A DNA stretch of 64,000 bases. Source: Parcubacteria group bacterium Licking1014_17. Its GTDB lineage: Bacteria > Patescibacteriota > Minisyncoccia > 2-02-FULL-40-12 > IGHO2-01-FULL-4-A. Under the pieces are notes generated by a model that saw only the letters and a list, made by a program, of their open reading frames with translations, had not been told where the DNA came from and made no database searches. A program made the translations under genes and the position numbers. Positions 10,240-20,549 of the stretch are shown one piece after another (the stretch's first letter is position 1; the number at the start of each line of letters is the position of its first letter). The stretch lies in the NCBI GenBank assembly GCA_007376485.1, contig VMGJ01000006.1, positions 779 through 64,778 of the forward strand, read 5' to 3'.

Positions 10240-11243
10240 ATTTTTATTTCCACCCAAATCGGTCCGGGAGTGAATTCTATTTCTTTATGGATATTGTCAT
10301 AAAATGATAATTTGCCCTTATCACCGCTTTTTTCCCACGTGCCCGCGATGGCTTCACCGTTTTTATAAATAGTCGCCTGTCCCGAGCCGGTGGTTGAAAC
10401 TCTTATGTAATCTTTATTAACCGGCAGCCAACTGGTGTTCATAATCACCACGTTCGCGGCTTCAACCTGCTTGCTGTTGTTAAAATCGGTTTCGAAAATG
10501 CCGACGCGCTGGCGCTTATAGGTGTTTTTAGCGCTGTCGTAAATCCACTTTACGGCAAAATCATCGGCGTAAATCATTGGCGGCGACTGATCGCCCTTGG
10601 AAACGGCTTTTGAATCATGTTTGTATCCAATAATCGGATTGTCCAGCGAGTAATCCAGCTCCTTGGCTTTATTTAGCAGGGATTTGAAACTGGTAAAACC
10701 GTTATGCGGCCTTGGCCTTTCGCTTTTTCTGTAATAAACCGTGCCGTCGTATTTTAAGCCGTCAATATTATCAATAACACTGGAATTCAACTCTTCCAAG
10801 GCTGTCGCCTCGCCTCCCCAGTGGCTGTATATGGCGCCTAACCCCAAAGCCAGCGGGATAAAATCAACACGCGACGACCTGATTGAGCCGATTTCTTTCG
10901 GCTGATTGCACTGGAAAACCGCCATCATTCTGGTAACGCCGCCGTCGGTAACCGGCATTTCAAAAACCATATCCGCCTCGCTGATGCCCGAAAGCGGCAT
11001 TGCTTCGGGGTCGGACGGAATCATCACGGCAACAGGCCTCGCGCCCGCGTTCTCGCAATTTACGCCGCTTAACGGGCCCGGTTTCAGATTGCCGGTGAAT
11101 TTTGACGGCAAAGGCGTCAGCAAGCCGGTCTGGTTTCCTATTTCAATTTTATTTTTTTGAAAAAACAAAAAAACAGCCAGGGCGATTAAAATCGGTATTG
11201 AAGAATATGCGAGAATTTTTTTCATATGGATATTATAGCTCAT
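10236..11243 (-). CDS. Secreted/lipoprotein of the DUF3048-like family
   Basis: 335 aa. Signal peptide. GVTRMMAVF segment typical of DUF3048 (YerB-like). Confidence 0.45.
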   Translation of the reverse strand: MSYNIHMKKILAYSSIPILIALAVFLFFQKNKIEIGNQTGLLTPLPSKFTGNLKPGPLSGVNCENAGARPVAVMIPSDPEAMPLSGISEADMVFEMPVTDGGVTRMMAVFQCNQPKEIGSIRSSRVDFIPLALGLGAIYSHWGGEATALEELNSSVIDNIDGLKYDGTVYYRKSERPRPHNGFTSFKSLLNKAKELDYSLDNPIIGYKHDSKAVSKGDQSPPMIYADDFAVKWIYDSAKNTYKRQRVGIFETDFNNSKQVEAANVVIMNTSWLPVNKDYIRVSTTGSGQATIYKNGEAIAGTWEKSGDKGKLSFYDNIHKEIEFTPGPIWVEIKI

Positions 11244-11258
11244 TTTTGAAATTGACGG

Positions 11259-12149
11259 CTATTTTTTCTGATGGACCGGGCAAAAATGTGCCGAACGCCC
11301 GTTCAGGCGCAGACGCGATATGACTCCGCCGTCCTTTTTTGCGCACTTCTTGCCGGTTTGGTGGTAAGCTTTCTCCAGAAATTGGTAACCGCCCTTTTCG
11401 CCGTTCAGCATCCGGTAATCCGACTCACTCGTTCCTTTGGCTTTTATGGCTTCAAGAAGGACTTTTTCGGTAAATTTGTAAATGCCGGCGAGTTTTTCTT
11501 TGGATAATTTTTCAACTCTTGCCAAGGGATGAACACCGGCATGCCAAAGTATCTCATCGGAATATATGTTGCCGATTCCCGAAATTACATATTGGTCCAT
11601 CAGGACTTTTTTAATAGCACCCCTCTTTTTACCCAGCAACTTCAGAAAATATTCCAACGTAAAACTTTTATCAAGCGGTTCCGACCCTAATTTCCCAATA
11701 TCGCTTATGTTTTCTATCTTATCGGTTGAGCCCAAATAGATTCTGGCGAACCTTCTTAAATCGGAAAGAGCCAGCATGAAGCCGTTATTCAGGAAGAAAA
11801 TAAACCTGATATAGCGGTTATTCGGGTCATTGGCAAGCGGTCCGGACTGCGCGGAAACCCATTTTTCCTTGCTCCCCTTTTCGGCTTCTTTCCACTTTCC
11901 GTAAAGCAAATGGCCGGAAATTTTCTGATGTACAGCTATGGTTTTTCCGTTATTGAGGTCAACCAGTATGTATTTTGCCCTCCTCCGGACGCCGGTGATT
12001 TTCCCCCCGGTTATTCCTCTTCTAAATTCTTTCTCTCCGATTCCTTTTATGGTTTTAGGGCTGTCGCGCCAAATATCGGTAATCCTAACGCCCCTGGCTT
12101 TTCGATGGAGCTGGCGGACTATTGTTTCCACTTCGGGAAGTTCAGGCAT
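11259..12149 (-). CDS. mutM: Formamidopyrimidine-DNA glycosylase
   Basis: Begins MPELPEVETIV with the catalytic Pro2. Helix-two-turn-helix region and C-terminal CxxC...CxxC zinc finger. The true start is internal to track ORF 11259..12200. Confidence 0.85.
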   Translation of the reverse strand: MPELPEVETIVRQLHRKARGVRITDIWRDSPKTIKGIGEKEFRRGITGGKITGVRRRAKYILVDLNNGKTIAVHQKISGHLLYGKWKEAEKGSKEKWVSAQSGPLANDPNNRYIRFIFFLNNGFMLALSDLRRFARIYLGSTDKIENISDIGKLGSEPLDKSFTLEYFLKLLGKKRGAIKKVLMDQYVISGIGNIYSDEILWHAGVHPLARVEKLSKEKLAGIYKFTEKVLLEAIKAKGTSESDYRMLNGEKGGYQFLEKAYHQTGKKCAKKDGGVISRLRLNGRSAHFCPVHQKK

Positions 12150-12150
12150 A

Positions 12151-14763
12151 TTACAGTGGCGGTTCCATATCGGCCCAGTTCTTGCCGACTTTAACGTCAA
12201 TCGCCAGCGGCACTTTGAACTGGTAAATATGCTCCATTATTTCCTTAATGGCTTCGACCGCCGGCGACATTGATTTCTCGCGGATTTCAAAAAGCAGCTC
12301 GTCATGAATCTGCAGAAGCAAATTAACATCCTCTTCCCAGCCCTCCTTTTTTATCCTGTCATAAATCCTTCTCATGGCTATCTTCACGATATCCGCCACC
12401 GTGCCCTGGGTGGGCATGTTTATGGCCATTCTCTCGGCTTGAGCCTCAAGCTGGGGCATCTGGGAGTGGATTTCGGGCAGCAACCGGCGGTGCCCGAAGA
12501 GAGTTTCAACATAGCCGTCTTTTCTCACTTTCCGTTTCATTTCGTCCATATACCAGGCGATTCCCGAAAACTCTTTCAGATATTTTTCAATAAATTCATT
12601 GGCTTGTTTCCTGTCCATGCCCGCCGCCCGGGCAAATCCCGCCGGTCCCATGCCGTAAATAATGCCGAAATTCAGGACTTTCGCCTGCCGGCGCATTTCT
12701 TTCGTAACATCGCTGAAATCCACGTCAAACACCTCTGCCGCGGTGCGCGTGTGAATATCTTCATTCCTTTCAAACGCGGCAATCATGGTTTTGTCATCCG
12801 CTATGTGGGCAACGATGCGGAGTTCCACCTGGGAATAATCAAACGAAACCAGCATAAAACCCTCGCGGGCGATGAATGCCTTGCGGAATTTCTGCCCCAG
12901 CTCGGTGCGGGTCGGGATATTCTGCAGATTTGGATTCTGCGAAGCCAAACGCCCGGTAGCCGTGCCGGTCTGGTCATAAGTGGTGTGCAATCTTTTATCC
13001 TCGGGATCTATCAGAGTCGGAAACGGTTCGATATAAGTAGTTTTCAGTTTTTGAAATTCCCTGTGCTGTAAAATTAAATCAATAATCAGATGCTCGTCGC
13101 GCAATTTTTCAAGTTCCGGCGCCGCCGTCGACATCGCGCCGCCCCCAGTTTTTTTGATTTTGCCTTTTATGCCCAGTTTTCCAAAAAGGACTTCCGCAAC
13201 CTGTTGGGGCGAATTAATGTTAAATTCCCCACCGGCAATTTTGTAAATTTTAGTTTCAAGTTTGGCTATTTCCTTTTCAACGAGCTTTAGAAGCGCGCCG
13301 ACAACCTTTATATCAACCAAAACTCCCTTGTTTTCCATGTAAGCCAGCACTTCTATAAGAGGCATCTCAATCATCCGATAGGGTGCTTCCATTTTTTGAG
13401 CTTCCATCTCTTTTTCCAATTTTTCTCGGACTTTAAAAATATGGCTTAAAACCGAAACCGCGGAGTCGCCCGTTGATTTGGAAAAAAGCCGTTCGGCGAC
13501 CCCGGAAAAGTTGTAATCCCTGATCGGAAAGCCAAGCATATAAGACGCGATTTTAGAATCAAAAACAAGACCCTTTAGTTCAATACCCTCTTTCAGTAGC
13601 AATTTCACAGTTGGCTTCAAATCGTGCCCGATTTTTTGTATTTCCGGGTCTTCAAAAATCTTTTTCACCGGTTCCAAGGCAAGATTTTCACTTTTTACCG
13701 AATAAATACGCAACCCGTCGGGTGAAACAAGCAAGCCGTCTTCGTCCGCCGCTACGGCTACAGTTTTTATCTTACTCGATAATTCTTTCGCTTTTTCTTC
13801 GGTCAGTTCGGCAATCAGTTTTACCTGCTCGGTCGCGGGGATTTCTTTACTCGCGCCGTTTCCCTCTTTTTCAATTTCCGCCGCTTCCGAAAGCCGGTTC
13901 ATCAAACTGCTGAAGCCGAGCTCGCGGAACATGTCTTTGACTTTGGAAATATCGGCGTTTTTCCGCCAGTCGGCTTTCTCCAAAGAGAAATCCACGTCCA
14001 AGTCGCAAACAATCGTTGATAGTTGTTTTGAAAAGTACGCCTGCTCTTTGAATTCTTTCAGTTTCGCCTGGAGTTTTTCGGATATGTCTTTGGTTTTACC
14101 CTTTTCAAGCGCTTTATACAAAGAATCCAAATCGCCGTAATTTTTAATAAGCTCCGACGCGGTTTTGTCGCCAACCCCGGGAACGCCTGGAATATTATCC
14201 GACGGGTCGCCCTTAAGCCCTTTAAAATCGGGCATCTGCGAGGGATTTAATCCAAAACGTTTAATCACCGCATCTTCGTCGTAAATGACCGTATCAGCCA
14301 ATCCTTTTTTTAGAGTGAACACGGAGGTTTTATCCCCTTCCACCAATTGCAGTGTATCCAAATCGCCGGTAGCAATTATTGTTTTCAAATCTTTTATTTT
14401 TTTGCTTTTGGTCGCCAAAGTGCCGATAATGTCGTCCGCTTCATAGCCCTGCTGTTCGTAAACCGGCACCCCAAACGCCGCCAACAGATTTTTTACTATC
14501 GGCATCTGTTCGTAAAGTTCATCGGGCGCTTTCACGCGGTGGCTTTTGTATTCGGCAAACTCTTCGTGGCGAAAAGTCGGTCCCGCCAAATCAAAAGTAG
14601 CCGCGATGTAATCCGGCTTAATATCTTTGATTGCCCTCAATAGTATTGAAAAAAAACCAAATACGGCGTTGGTTAAAATCCCTTTTGGCGACTTTAAGGG
14701 CGGCAGGGCATGAAAAGCCCTATGAACCAAAGCGTTGCCGTCTATAAGCATCAGTTTTTTCAT
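12151..14763 (-). CDS. polA: DNA polymerase I
   Basis: 870 aa. 5'-3' exonuclease N-terminus, polymerase motifs A/B/C (for example RRQAKVLNFGIIYG). ATGA-coupled to tsaE. Confidence 0.9.
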   Translation of the reverse strand: MKKLMLIDGNALVHRAFHALPPLKSPKGILTNAVFGFFSILLRAIKDIKPDYIAATFDLAGPTFRHEEFAEYKSHRVKAPDELYEQMPIVKNLLAAFGVPVYEQQGYEADDIIGTLATKSKKIKDLKTIIATGDLDTLQLVEGDKTSVFTLKKGLADTVIYDEDAVIKRFGLNPSQMPDFKGLKGDPSDNIPGVPGVGDKTASELIKNYGDLDSLYKALEKGKTKDISEKLQAKLKEFKEQAYFSKQLSTIVCDLDVDFSLEKADWRKNADISKVKDMFRELGFSSLMNRLSEAAEIEKEGNGASKEIPATEQVKLIAELTEEKAKELSSKIKTVAVAADEDGLLVSPDGLRIYSVKSENLALEPVKKIFEDPEIQKIGHDLKPTVKLLLKEGIELKGLVFDSKIASYMLGFPIRDYNFSGVAERLFSKSTGDSAVSVLSHIFKVREKLEKEMEAQKMEAPYRMIEMPLIEVLAYMENKGVLVDIKVVGALLKLVEKEIAKLETKIYKIAGGEFNINSPQQVAEVLFGKLGIKGKIKKTGGGAMSTAAPELEKLRDEHLIIDLILQHREFQKLKTTYIEPFPTLIDPEDKRLHTTYDQTGTATGRLASQNPNLQNIPTRTELGQKFRKAFIAREGFMLVSFDYSQVELRIVAHIADDKTMIAAFERNEDIHTRTAAEVFDVDFSDVTKEMRRQAKVLNFGIIYGMGPAGFARAAGMDRKQANEFIEKYLKEFSGIAWYMDEMKRKVRKDGYVETLFGHRRLLPEIHSQMPQLEAQAERMAINMPTQGTVADIVKIAMRRIYDRIKKEGWEEDVNLLLQIHDELLFEIREKSMSPAVEAIKEIMEHIYQFKVPLAIDVKVGKNWADMEPPL

Positions 14764-15206
14764 AATATAAAAATTTTTCTGGTGTTTTCGTCCACGTGGC
14801 TGATTTTAACGATGGTAGCGCTTTTGGGTAAAATATCTTTCACTCTTTCAGCCCACTCTATCAATATTATATTAACAGAATTTTCCATTAATTCCTCTAC
14901 GCCGATGGTTTTCAAATCATCCCCTCCCGAAAGGCGGTAGGCGTCAATATGAACCAGATTTTCATATGGTTTGAATTTCAGTGCCAGCTCGTATTTTTTC
15001 ATTAAAACAAAAGTCGGGCTGGTGATGTGCTTTTTTATTCCAAGTGCCTTGGCAAAGCCCTGCGTGAAGGTCGTTTTTCCGGCGCCCAGTTCGCCCGAAA
15101 GAGCGATAACAGCCGCCCATTTCCCGGGCTTGGATTTTGATATTTTTCGGGCAAAATCCCCGGCTATTTTCTTTGTTTCTCGGACGCTTTTTGACAAAAA
15201 TTCCAT
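14760..15206 (-). CDS. tsaE: tRNA threonylcarbamoyladenosine biosynthesis protein TsaE
   Basis: 148 aa. GELGAGKTTFTQGFAKALGI P-loop typical of TsaE/YjeE. Confidence 0.8.
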   Translation of the reverse strand: MEFLSKSVRETKKIAGDFARKISKSKPGKWAAVIALSGELGAGKTTFTQGFAKALGIKKHITSPTFVLMKKYELALKFKPYENLVHIDAYRLSGGDDLKTIGVEELMENSVNIILIEWAERVKDILPKSATIVKISHVDENTRKIFIL

Positions 15207-15575
15207 TGGTTAAGTCCCGTATGAAGTAAGAAACCTTCGGTTTCTGCCGAAATAACATTTCGGACTTCATACGGGATAATGATAGCCCGCGACGGCCGCT
15301 TTTTCAAACTCTTTGGTGATGCCGGTGAATAACGCCTTTTATCGCCACTCGTCCCGCCAGCGACGGGACTCGTTCCGGTGAAATCGCAAATTCGGTCTGC
15401 GATGCTCGCGCGTATTATATCGTAAACCGACCGTGCAATTTGCGATTTCAACGGCGCTAAAAGGCATTATTCACCTTACTAATGTCGCTGGCAAAGTCAC
15501 GCTGGCTCGCCCGCCTAAGTTTTGCGGAGCAAAATTTAGGCGGGCTCAAAGGCAGTTTACCCTCGGCGTAAAATA

Positions 15576-15603
15576 AAAGCCGTATCCTTTTCGTTGGATA
15601 CGG
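15576..15603 (-). terminator. Rho-independent terminator for 15618..16358(-)
   Basis: agccgtatcc-ttttcgtt-ggatacggct. On the minus strand it is followed by ttttatttt. Confidence 0.5.
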
Positions 15604-15617
15604 CTGCAAAGTTCTAA

Positions 15618-16358
15618 TCAGTTTTTGAATGGCGGAAGGATATGGACTACTCTCCCACCGGTTTCTGTCCTCTCTATGTCAATCCGGCACCAGACCTGTG
15701 CCGGCTCGCTCCGATACTCGGACCCCTTCGGGCAGTTGGGACATTGATTCTCCCACCTCACGTTTTCCCAGAAGTATGCTTGTATCGGTTTCGGCTGGTC
15801 GAGACCGACGGAAACCGATTCCCCGTTTTTCAACCCATCTCCGGCATCGGTAACACCGTTGCCGTTGATGTCAACGGGGCTGTCATCTAATATGACGATT
15901 ACCCCGTCGAACCCGGACTCATTGATAAATTTGTATTTGTAGTAAGTCCGGGTGGACTCTTGCCGTTGTTGTTCTTCTTTCATCATCTGGGAGTATGTTT
16001 CCTCCTGCTGCCGTTGTTTTTTTGCTTGGCGACGCTCATAAATGAGCGTGCCAATTGCCATACCCCCCTCGACTGTCGCCGCGGTGCGGTAAGCGGCCCG
16101 GTAGTTTCCGGTCGTCCCGTAAACCACCTGTCCCACAGCATAGCCGAGATTGCTCGGTGGTCCGTAGTATGAGCCATACGAATACGAACTTAACCGGTTG
16201 ACCAGACTCAGGTTGTTCTGAACAAGCCGGTCGACCTCGGAACCACCCTGGAACAGGTTCCCGCCGCGGAGTCTGTATCCGTGGCCGCGATGGCCCTGGG
16301 CGAATGCGGGGACAGTAACAAGAAGGGCGATGAAAACAAAAACTACTAATCTTTTCAT
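15618..16358 (-). CDS. Secreted hypothetical protein
   Basis: 246 aa. Signal peptide MKRLVVFVFIALLVTVPAFA. Confidence 0.5.
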   Translation of the reverse strand: MKRLVVFVFIALLVTVPAFAQGHRGHGYRLRGGNLFQGGSEVDRLVQNNLSLVNRLSSYSYGSYYGPPSNLGYAVGQVVYGTTGNYRAAYRTAATVEGGMAIGTLIYERRQAKKQRQQEETYSQMMKEEQQRQESTRTYYKYKFINESGFDGVIVILDDSPVDINGNGVTDAGDGLKNGESVSVGLDQPKPIQAYFWENVRWENQCPNCPKGSEYRSEPAQVWCRIDIERTETGGRVVHILPPFKN

Positions 16359-16503
16359 TTCGAACCTCCTCCGCTTGAAGAGCGGATTAAAAGGGTTAAG
16401 TTGTCAAGTTTCTATCAAGTTCTTAAATTATAGCAAATACAGGCGAATATGTCAATACAAAAAGAAGCCCCAAAAGGGACCCCCTCAATTAACCCCATAT
16501 TTA

Positions 16504-17352
16504 TTAGCTATTTCGTATCTTTTTGAGTATTTCTATATCTTTTTGCCTACCCTCGCCTTCGGTCTCAATAATCCAGTCAATTTGTGAGAATTCCTTGGTT
16601 TTCAGCAGAATGGCCAGTCCTTCCTCCCCTATTTCTCCTTTTCCGATGTGTTCGTGTCTGTCTTTTTTACTGCCCAATGGGTAAACCGAATCATTGACAT
16701 GGACAAGTTTCAGAGCGTCAATGCCAACTTTGTCACTGAACTCTGTCATCATTTTGTCACGATCTTTTATTGTGACAAAATTGTAACCGGCGGCGAATGA
16801 GTGACAAGTGTCAAAACACACTCCGCCAAACCAATTCAGGCTTTTTGTCACAGTGACAATTGTCGCGATGTCATCAATCGTGTCACCCATTATGTCACCC
16901 GAACCGGCTGACATTTCAATCAGGAACTTTGTGTCACCATCATAATCATCCAATACTTTCTTGATTCCGTCAATAACCTTTTCCAGCCCCTCTTTTTCAG
17001 TCCTGCCCTTATAGGAGCCAAGGTGGGTCATAAGGTATTTTGCGCCCAATACACTCCCCCGTTCCAATTCTTCCCTAAGTACGCTTATTGACCCATATCG
17101 GATTCTGGGTTCCAGCGAGGCAAGATTAATAAAATAGGGTGCGTGTATGTAAAAACGGTCCATTTTATTCTTTTTCAGTTCAGATTTAAACTTTTCAGCT
17201 ATTTCAGGGCTTATTTCCGGCGCCGGACCACCCTGCGGGGGGCGCGTAAAACACTGAAATGTCTCGCATCCTTCTTCTACGGCTCTGCTTGGTGCCTTAA
17301 TAATGCTCTCTTTTATGGATATATGAGTTCCTATCTTGTTGGTTGGCGTCAT
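16504..17352 (-). CDS. nfo: Endonuclease IV (AP endonuclease family 2)
   Basis: 282 aa. HAPYFINL, CFDTCHSFAAGY and VHVNDS signatures. Confidence 0.85.
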   Translation of the reverse strand: MTPTNKIGTHISIKESIIKAPSRAVEEGCETFQCFTRPPQGGPAPEISPEIAEKFKSELKKNKMDRFYIHAPYFINLASLEPRIRYGSISVLREELERGSVLGAKYLMTHLGSYKGRTEKEGLEKVIDGIKKVLDDYDGDTKFLIEMSAGSGDIMGDTIDDIATIVTVTKSLNWFGGVCFDTCHSFAAGYNFVTIKDRDKMMTEFSDKVGIDALKLVHVNDSVYPLGSKKDRHEHIGKGEIGEEGLAILLKTKEFSQIDWIIETEGEGRQKDIEILKKIRNS

Positions 17353-17762
17353 AATATATCGCCGGCAATATTTTTCAGGTGTTTAATACTTGCCCTACTC
17401 ATATCATTATTGAACGTGACCGCGATAATATCAACCTGCCACTCGCAATCCTTTTTATGTTCACTAGCTATGAATAAGCTCGCGGCTTTGACAATTTTCG
17501 CGCTTTTCCGGGCGTCAACCCGCAGTTCCGGGCTGAAACTAGCGTAATTGGTTCTATTTGCCTTAACCTCAACAAAATATACTATACTGTCTTTCCGTGC
17601 GATTATATCTATCTCACCCCACGGCTTCCGGTAGTTTCTGGTCAATATTTCATAACCGTTTGACTCAAGGTAGTAACTGGCGACATCTTCAGCGTAGTTG
17701 CCGAAATCCTTGGTATTTATAGGGTTTTTGATATTGACATAATTCACAATATATTTTATCAA
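17349..17762 (-). CDS. YraN/UPF0102 family endonuclease-like protein
   Basis: 137 aa. GYEILTRNYRKPWGEIDIIA...FVEVKAN core. ATGA-coupled to nfo. Confidence 0.65.
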   Translation of the reverse strand: MIKYIVNYVNIKNPINTKDFGNYAEDVASYYLESNGYEILTRNYRKPWGEIDIIARKDSIVYFVEVKANRTNYASFSPELRVDARKSAKIVKAASLFIASEHKKDCEWQVDIIAVTFNNDMSRASIKHLKNIAGDIL

Positions 17763-17937
17763 CAGGTTTCAGTTGACCCAAAAAGCTGGTGTGTTAGGAT
17801 TCAGTCCTGGCGCTAATACGGTGTTACAGACAAGACGAGGTGTTCAAGATAAGCTGGAAAGCCGCCAAACTAATAAAAAACCTCAATTCTAATCTTTATC
17901 GCAAAACTAACACATTAAGACTCGTTCTAACAAACGT

Positions 17938-18984
17938 TTGGCTTATAAAGTCATGAAAAACGACAAAGTCGCCGTCGTTTCGGTTTTATTATTTACCCTT
18001 TTTCTCTTAATTTTTAAAAGCGGTCCGGAAGGGCAGGGAAGTTTTATAAAATACGCGATGGGTAAATATATTGATGAAACAGCGGCTTCAGTTGTGACTG
18101 GTGTCAGCAATGGCGGCATGAATGATGATGGAGACGTTATGGCTTACCCGGGTATGTGGGATAACCGCAAATCAACAATGATGACAACGGTGCAAGATAT
18201 TGCCGTTGTTTCACGGGAAACAGTCCTGACGGACGTCTATGATGAGGGAATAGGCGGCCGGGGTTCAATTATTACTTACGAAGTTCAGGAGGGCGACAGT
18301 TTGTCTTTTATCGCTTTTGATTTCGGCTTGAACATAAATACTCTGCTTTGGGCCAATAATTTAAGCAATCCCGACCAATTAAAACCGGGGATGGAGCTCC
18401 AAATTCCGCCGACCGATGGCGTTATTCACAAGGTTAAAGCAGGGGAAACAATAGAAACTATCGCCAAAAAATACCAATCGGATGTCCAAAAAATCTTTGA
18501 TTTTAACGGCTTGTCCAAGTCCGGGAGTCTGCAAATTGGCTCGGTTCTGGTAATCCCCGACGGTAAAATATCCAAGAGCGGTTCTGCAGTATTAGCCCAA
18601 AACAGCTCAAGTCCCTTTTCGTATCTGCCTAATTTGGGTAGTTTCTTTATGCTACCGACTGTCGGCTTCAATTGGGGGGTGATCCACAGCCGGAACGGCG
18701 TAGATATCGCCAATTCATGCGGCACATCTATAGTCGCCGCGGCTGATGGAGTAGTTACTTATGCCGTGAATATAGGCTGGAACAGCGGTTATGGTGAGTT
18801 TATAAAAATATCCCACGCCAACAATACGGAAACCATTTACGCTCATTTCAGCAAAGTCCTCGTTGCTATCGGCCAGCGCGTGGCAAGGGGTGAAATTTTG
18901 GGTCTAATGGGCACAACCGGCCATTCCACGGGCTGCCACCTGCATTTTGAAGTTCATGGCGCGAAAAACCCGCTTGCCAAGTAA
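17938..18984 (+). CDS. Secreted cell-wall hydrolase: two LysM domains plus M23 peptidase
   Basis: 348 aa. Two LysM-like segments, and a C-terminal HxxxD ... HxH M23 motif (TTGHSTGCHLHFEVH). Confidence 0.8.
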   Translation: MAYKVMKNDKVAVVSVLLFTLFLLIFKSGPEGQGSFIKYAMGKYIDETAASVVTGVSNGGMNDDGDVMAYPGMWDNRKSTMMTTVQDIAVVSRETVLTDVYDEGIGGRGSIITYEVQEGDSLSFIAFDFGLNINTLLWANNLSNPDQLKPGMELQIPPTDGVIHKVKAGETIETIAKKYQSDVQKIFDFNGLSKSGSLQIGSVLVIPDGKISKSGSAVLAQNSSSPFSYLPNLGSFFMLPTVGFNWGVIHSRNGVDIANSCGTSIVAAADGVVTYAVNIGWNSGYGEFIKISHANNTETIYAHFSKVLVAIGQRVARGEILGLMGTTGHSTGCHLHFEVHGAKNPLAK

Positions 18985-19013
18985 TAAAAGTAAGATGTTT
19001 CATGTGGAACGTT

Positions 19014-20549
19014 TTAGGACTCGGCAATAACTCTGAGATTTATGGCTTCGGCGACGTGAGGCAGTTCAACTTTTTCAACAGCTTCCAAATCGGCGATGGT
19101 CCTGGCTAATTTCATGATTTTATGCTGGGACCGTGCCGATAAACCAAAAGTTTCATCGGCTTTTCTTAATAAGTTCAAAGCTTCAGCGGTCAGATTGCAA
19201 TAATTGGGTATTTCCTTTGGTCCCATCTCCGAATTGGTTTTTAATGTTGCGTTTTTAAATCTTTCCGATTGGATTTTTCTCACGTTCAGCACCATATTTT
19301 TGGCTTTTTCAGCGGTAATACCGCTAAAGTTGCCGTGAATTTTATCAAATGTTTCACGGGGAACATTTATCTGGATATCTATTCTGTCTAATAAGGGTCC
19401 GGAGAGCCTGCTTCTGTATTTGGCGATCATGGCGGGGGAGCAGAGGCATTCTCTTGAGATGTCGCCGTTATTTCCGCATGGGCAGGGATTCATAGCGCCA
19501 ACAAGCATAAATTTGCAGGGAAATTTAACGTTATACGCGGCGCGGGAGATAACAATATCGCCATTTTCTATTGGTTGGCGCAGAGATTCCAGAACACCTC
19601 TTGGAAATTCGGGAATTTCATCCAGAAAGAGAATACCCCTGTGGGCTAAAGATATTTCTCCGGGTTTGGGTACGTTTCCGCCGCCCACGATAGCGACGGG
19701 GGATATCGTATGGTGGGGATTTCTAAAGGGGCGTGCCACAAGAAGCGGTTTATCCTGTGTTAACCCGCAAACACTGTATATTTTTGTTACTTCTATCGAT
19801 TCTTCAAAATCCATAGGAGGCAATATTGAGGTTAGGGAGCGGGCAAGTAACGTTTTACCCGATCCCGGAGGGCCGGACATTAAAATATTATGGCCGCCGC
19901 TGGCGGCAATAATTAACGCTCTTTTAGCGCTTTCCTGGCCTTTTATGCTGTCAAAGGTGAGGCCATCGCCGGATTCGTGCTTTGAGACAAAGGACTCAAA
20001 GTCCAGAGGTTCTGCCTGCGGCTGGACAACTGATTTATCCAAGTGTTCCGTAGCTTCTTTAAGCGAAGATACACCGGTTATTCTTATGTTTTTTACTATC
20101 TGGGCTTCGGATATGTTTTCCCGGGGTAAAATCACCTCCTTAAAGCCAGTTTTAGAGGCCGCAAAAACAGTAGGTAAAACACCATTTACCCGACGAATAG
20201 AGCCGTCCAGAGACAATTCGCCCAAAAAAATAATCCCTTGAGGATTAAATTTCACTTGGTCGGTACTCAGCAAATAACCCACGGCTATCGGTAAATCATA
20301 AGCGGAACCCTCCTTTTTCATATCGGCCGGAGCCAAATTGACAATCACTCTCCGGTTTTTCTGGCTGGGCGTGCCAAACCCGCAGTTCCTGATCGCGGAA
20401 GCTATCCTATCCTTTGATTCTTCTACGGATTTGTCAGGAAGACCCACAATATTAAAAAAGTGCAGGCCCGGCGTCGAGTCCACTTCAACATCAACTATAT
20501 TCGCGTCTAAGCCCACAATTCCGGCGGAATATACCCTGACCGAGCTCAT
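19014..20549 (-). CDS. comM: Mg-chelatase-like AAA+ ATPase YifB/ComM
   Basis: 511 aa. Walker A GPPGSGKT, ChlI-type AAA+ domain, C-terminal helical domain. Confidence 0.85.
   Translation of the reverse strand: MSSVRVYSAGIVGLDANIVDVEVDSTPGLHFFNIVGLPDKSVEESKDRIASAIRNCGFGTPSQKNRRVIVNLAPADMKKEGSAYDLPIAVGYLLSTDQVKFNPQGIIFLGELSLDGSIRRVNGVLPTVFAASKTGFKEVILPRENISEAQIVKNIRITGVSSLKEATEHLDKSVVQPQAEPLDFESFVSKHESGDGLTFDSIKGQESAKRALIIAASGGHNILMSGPPGSGKTLLARSLTSILPPMDFEESIEVTKIYSVCGLTQDKPLLVARPFRNPHHTISPVAIVGGGNVPKPGEISLAHRGILFLDEIPEFPRGVLESLRQPIENGDIVISRAAYNVKFPCKFMLVGAMNPCPCGNNGDISRECLCSPAMIAKYRSRLSGPLLDRIDIQINVPRETFDKIHGNFSGITAEKAKNMVLNVRKIQSERFKNATLKTNSEMGPKEIPNYCNLTAEALNLLRKADETFGLSARSQHKIMKLARTIADLEAVEKVELPHVAEAINLRVIAES

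Noticed and set aside
12304-13071. Long antisense ORFs inside polA, and similarly inside pnp (23678..24155, 24921..25436) and ileS
   Set aside because: They lie opposite strongly supported housekeeping genes, have no RBS or conservation signal, and are typical antisense artefacts.
16690-16920. Dense GTCAC/GTGAC motifs resembling the 21161..21320 array, inside nfo
   Set aside because: The stretch translates cleanly as conserved Nfo sequence (…GDIMGDTIDDIATIVTVTKS…CFDTCH…). The motif density comes from Asp/Thr/Val/Ile codon usage, so it is not a second regulatory array.
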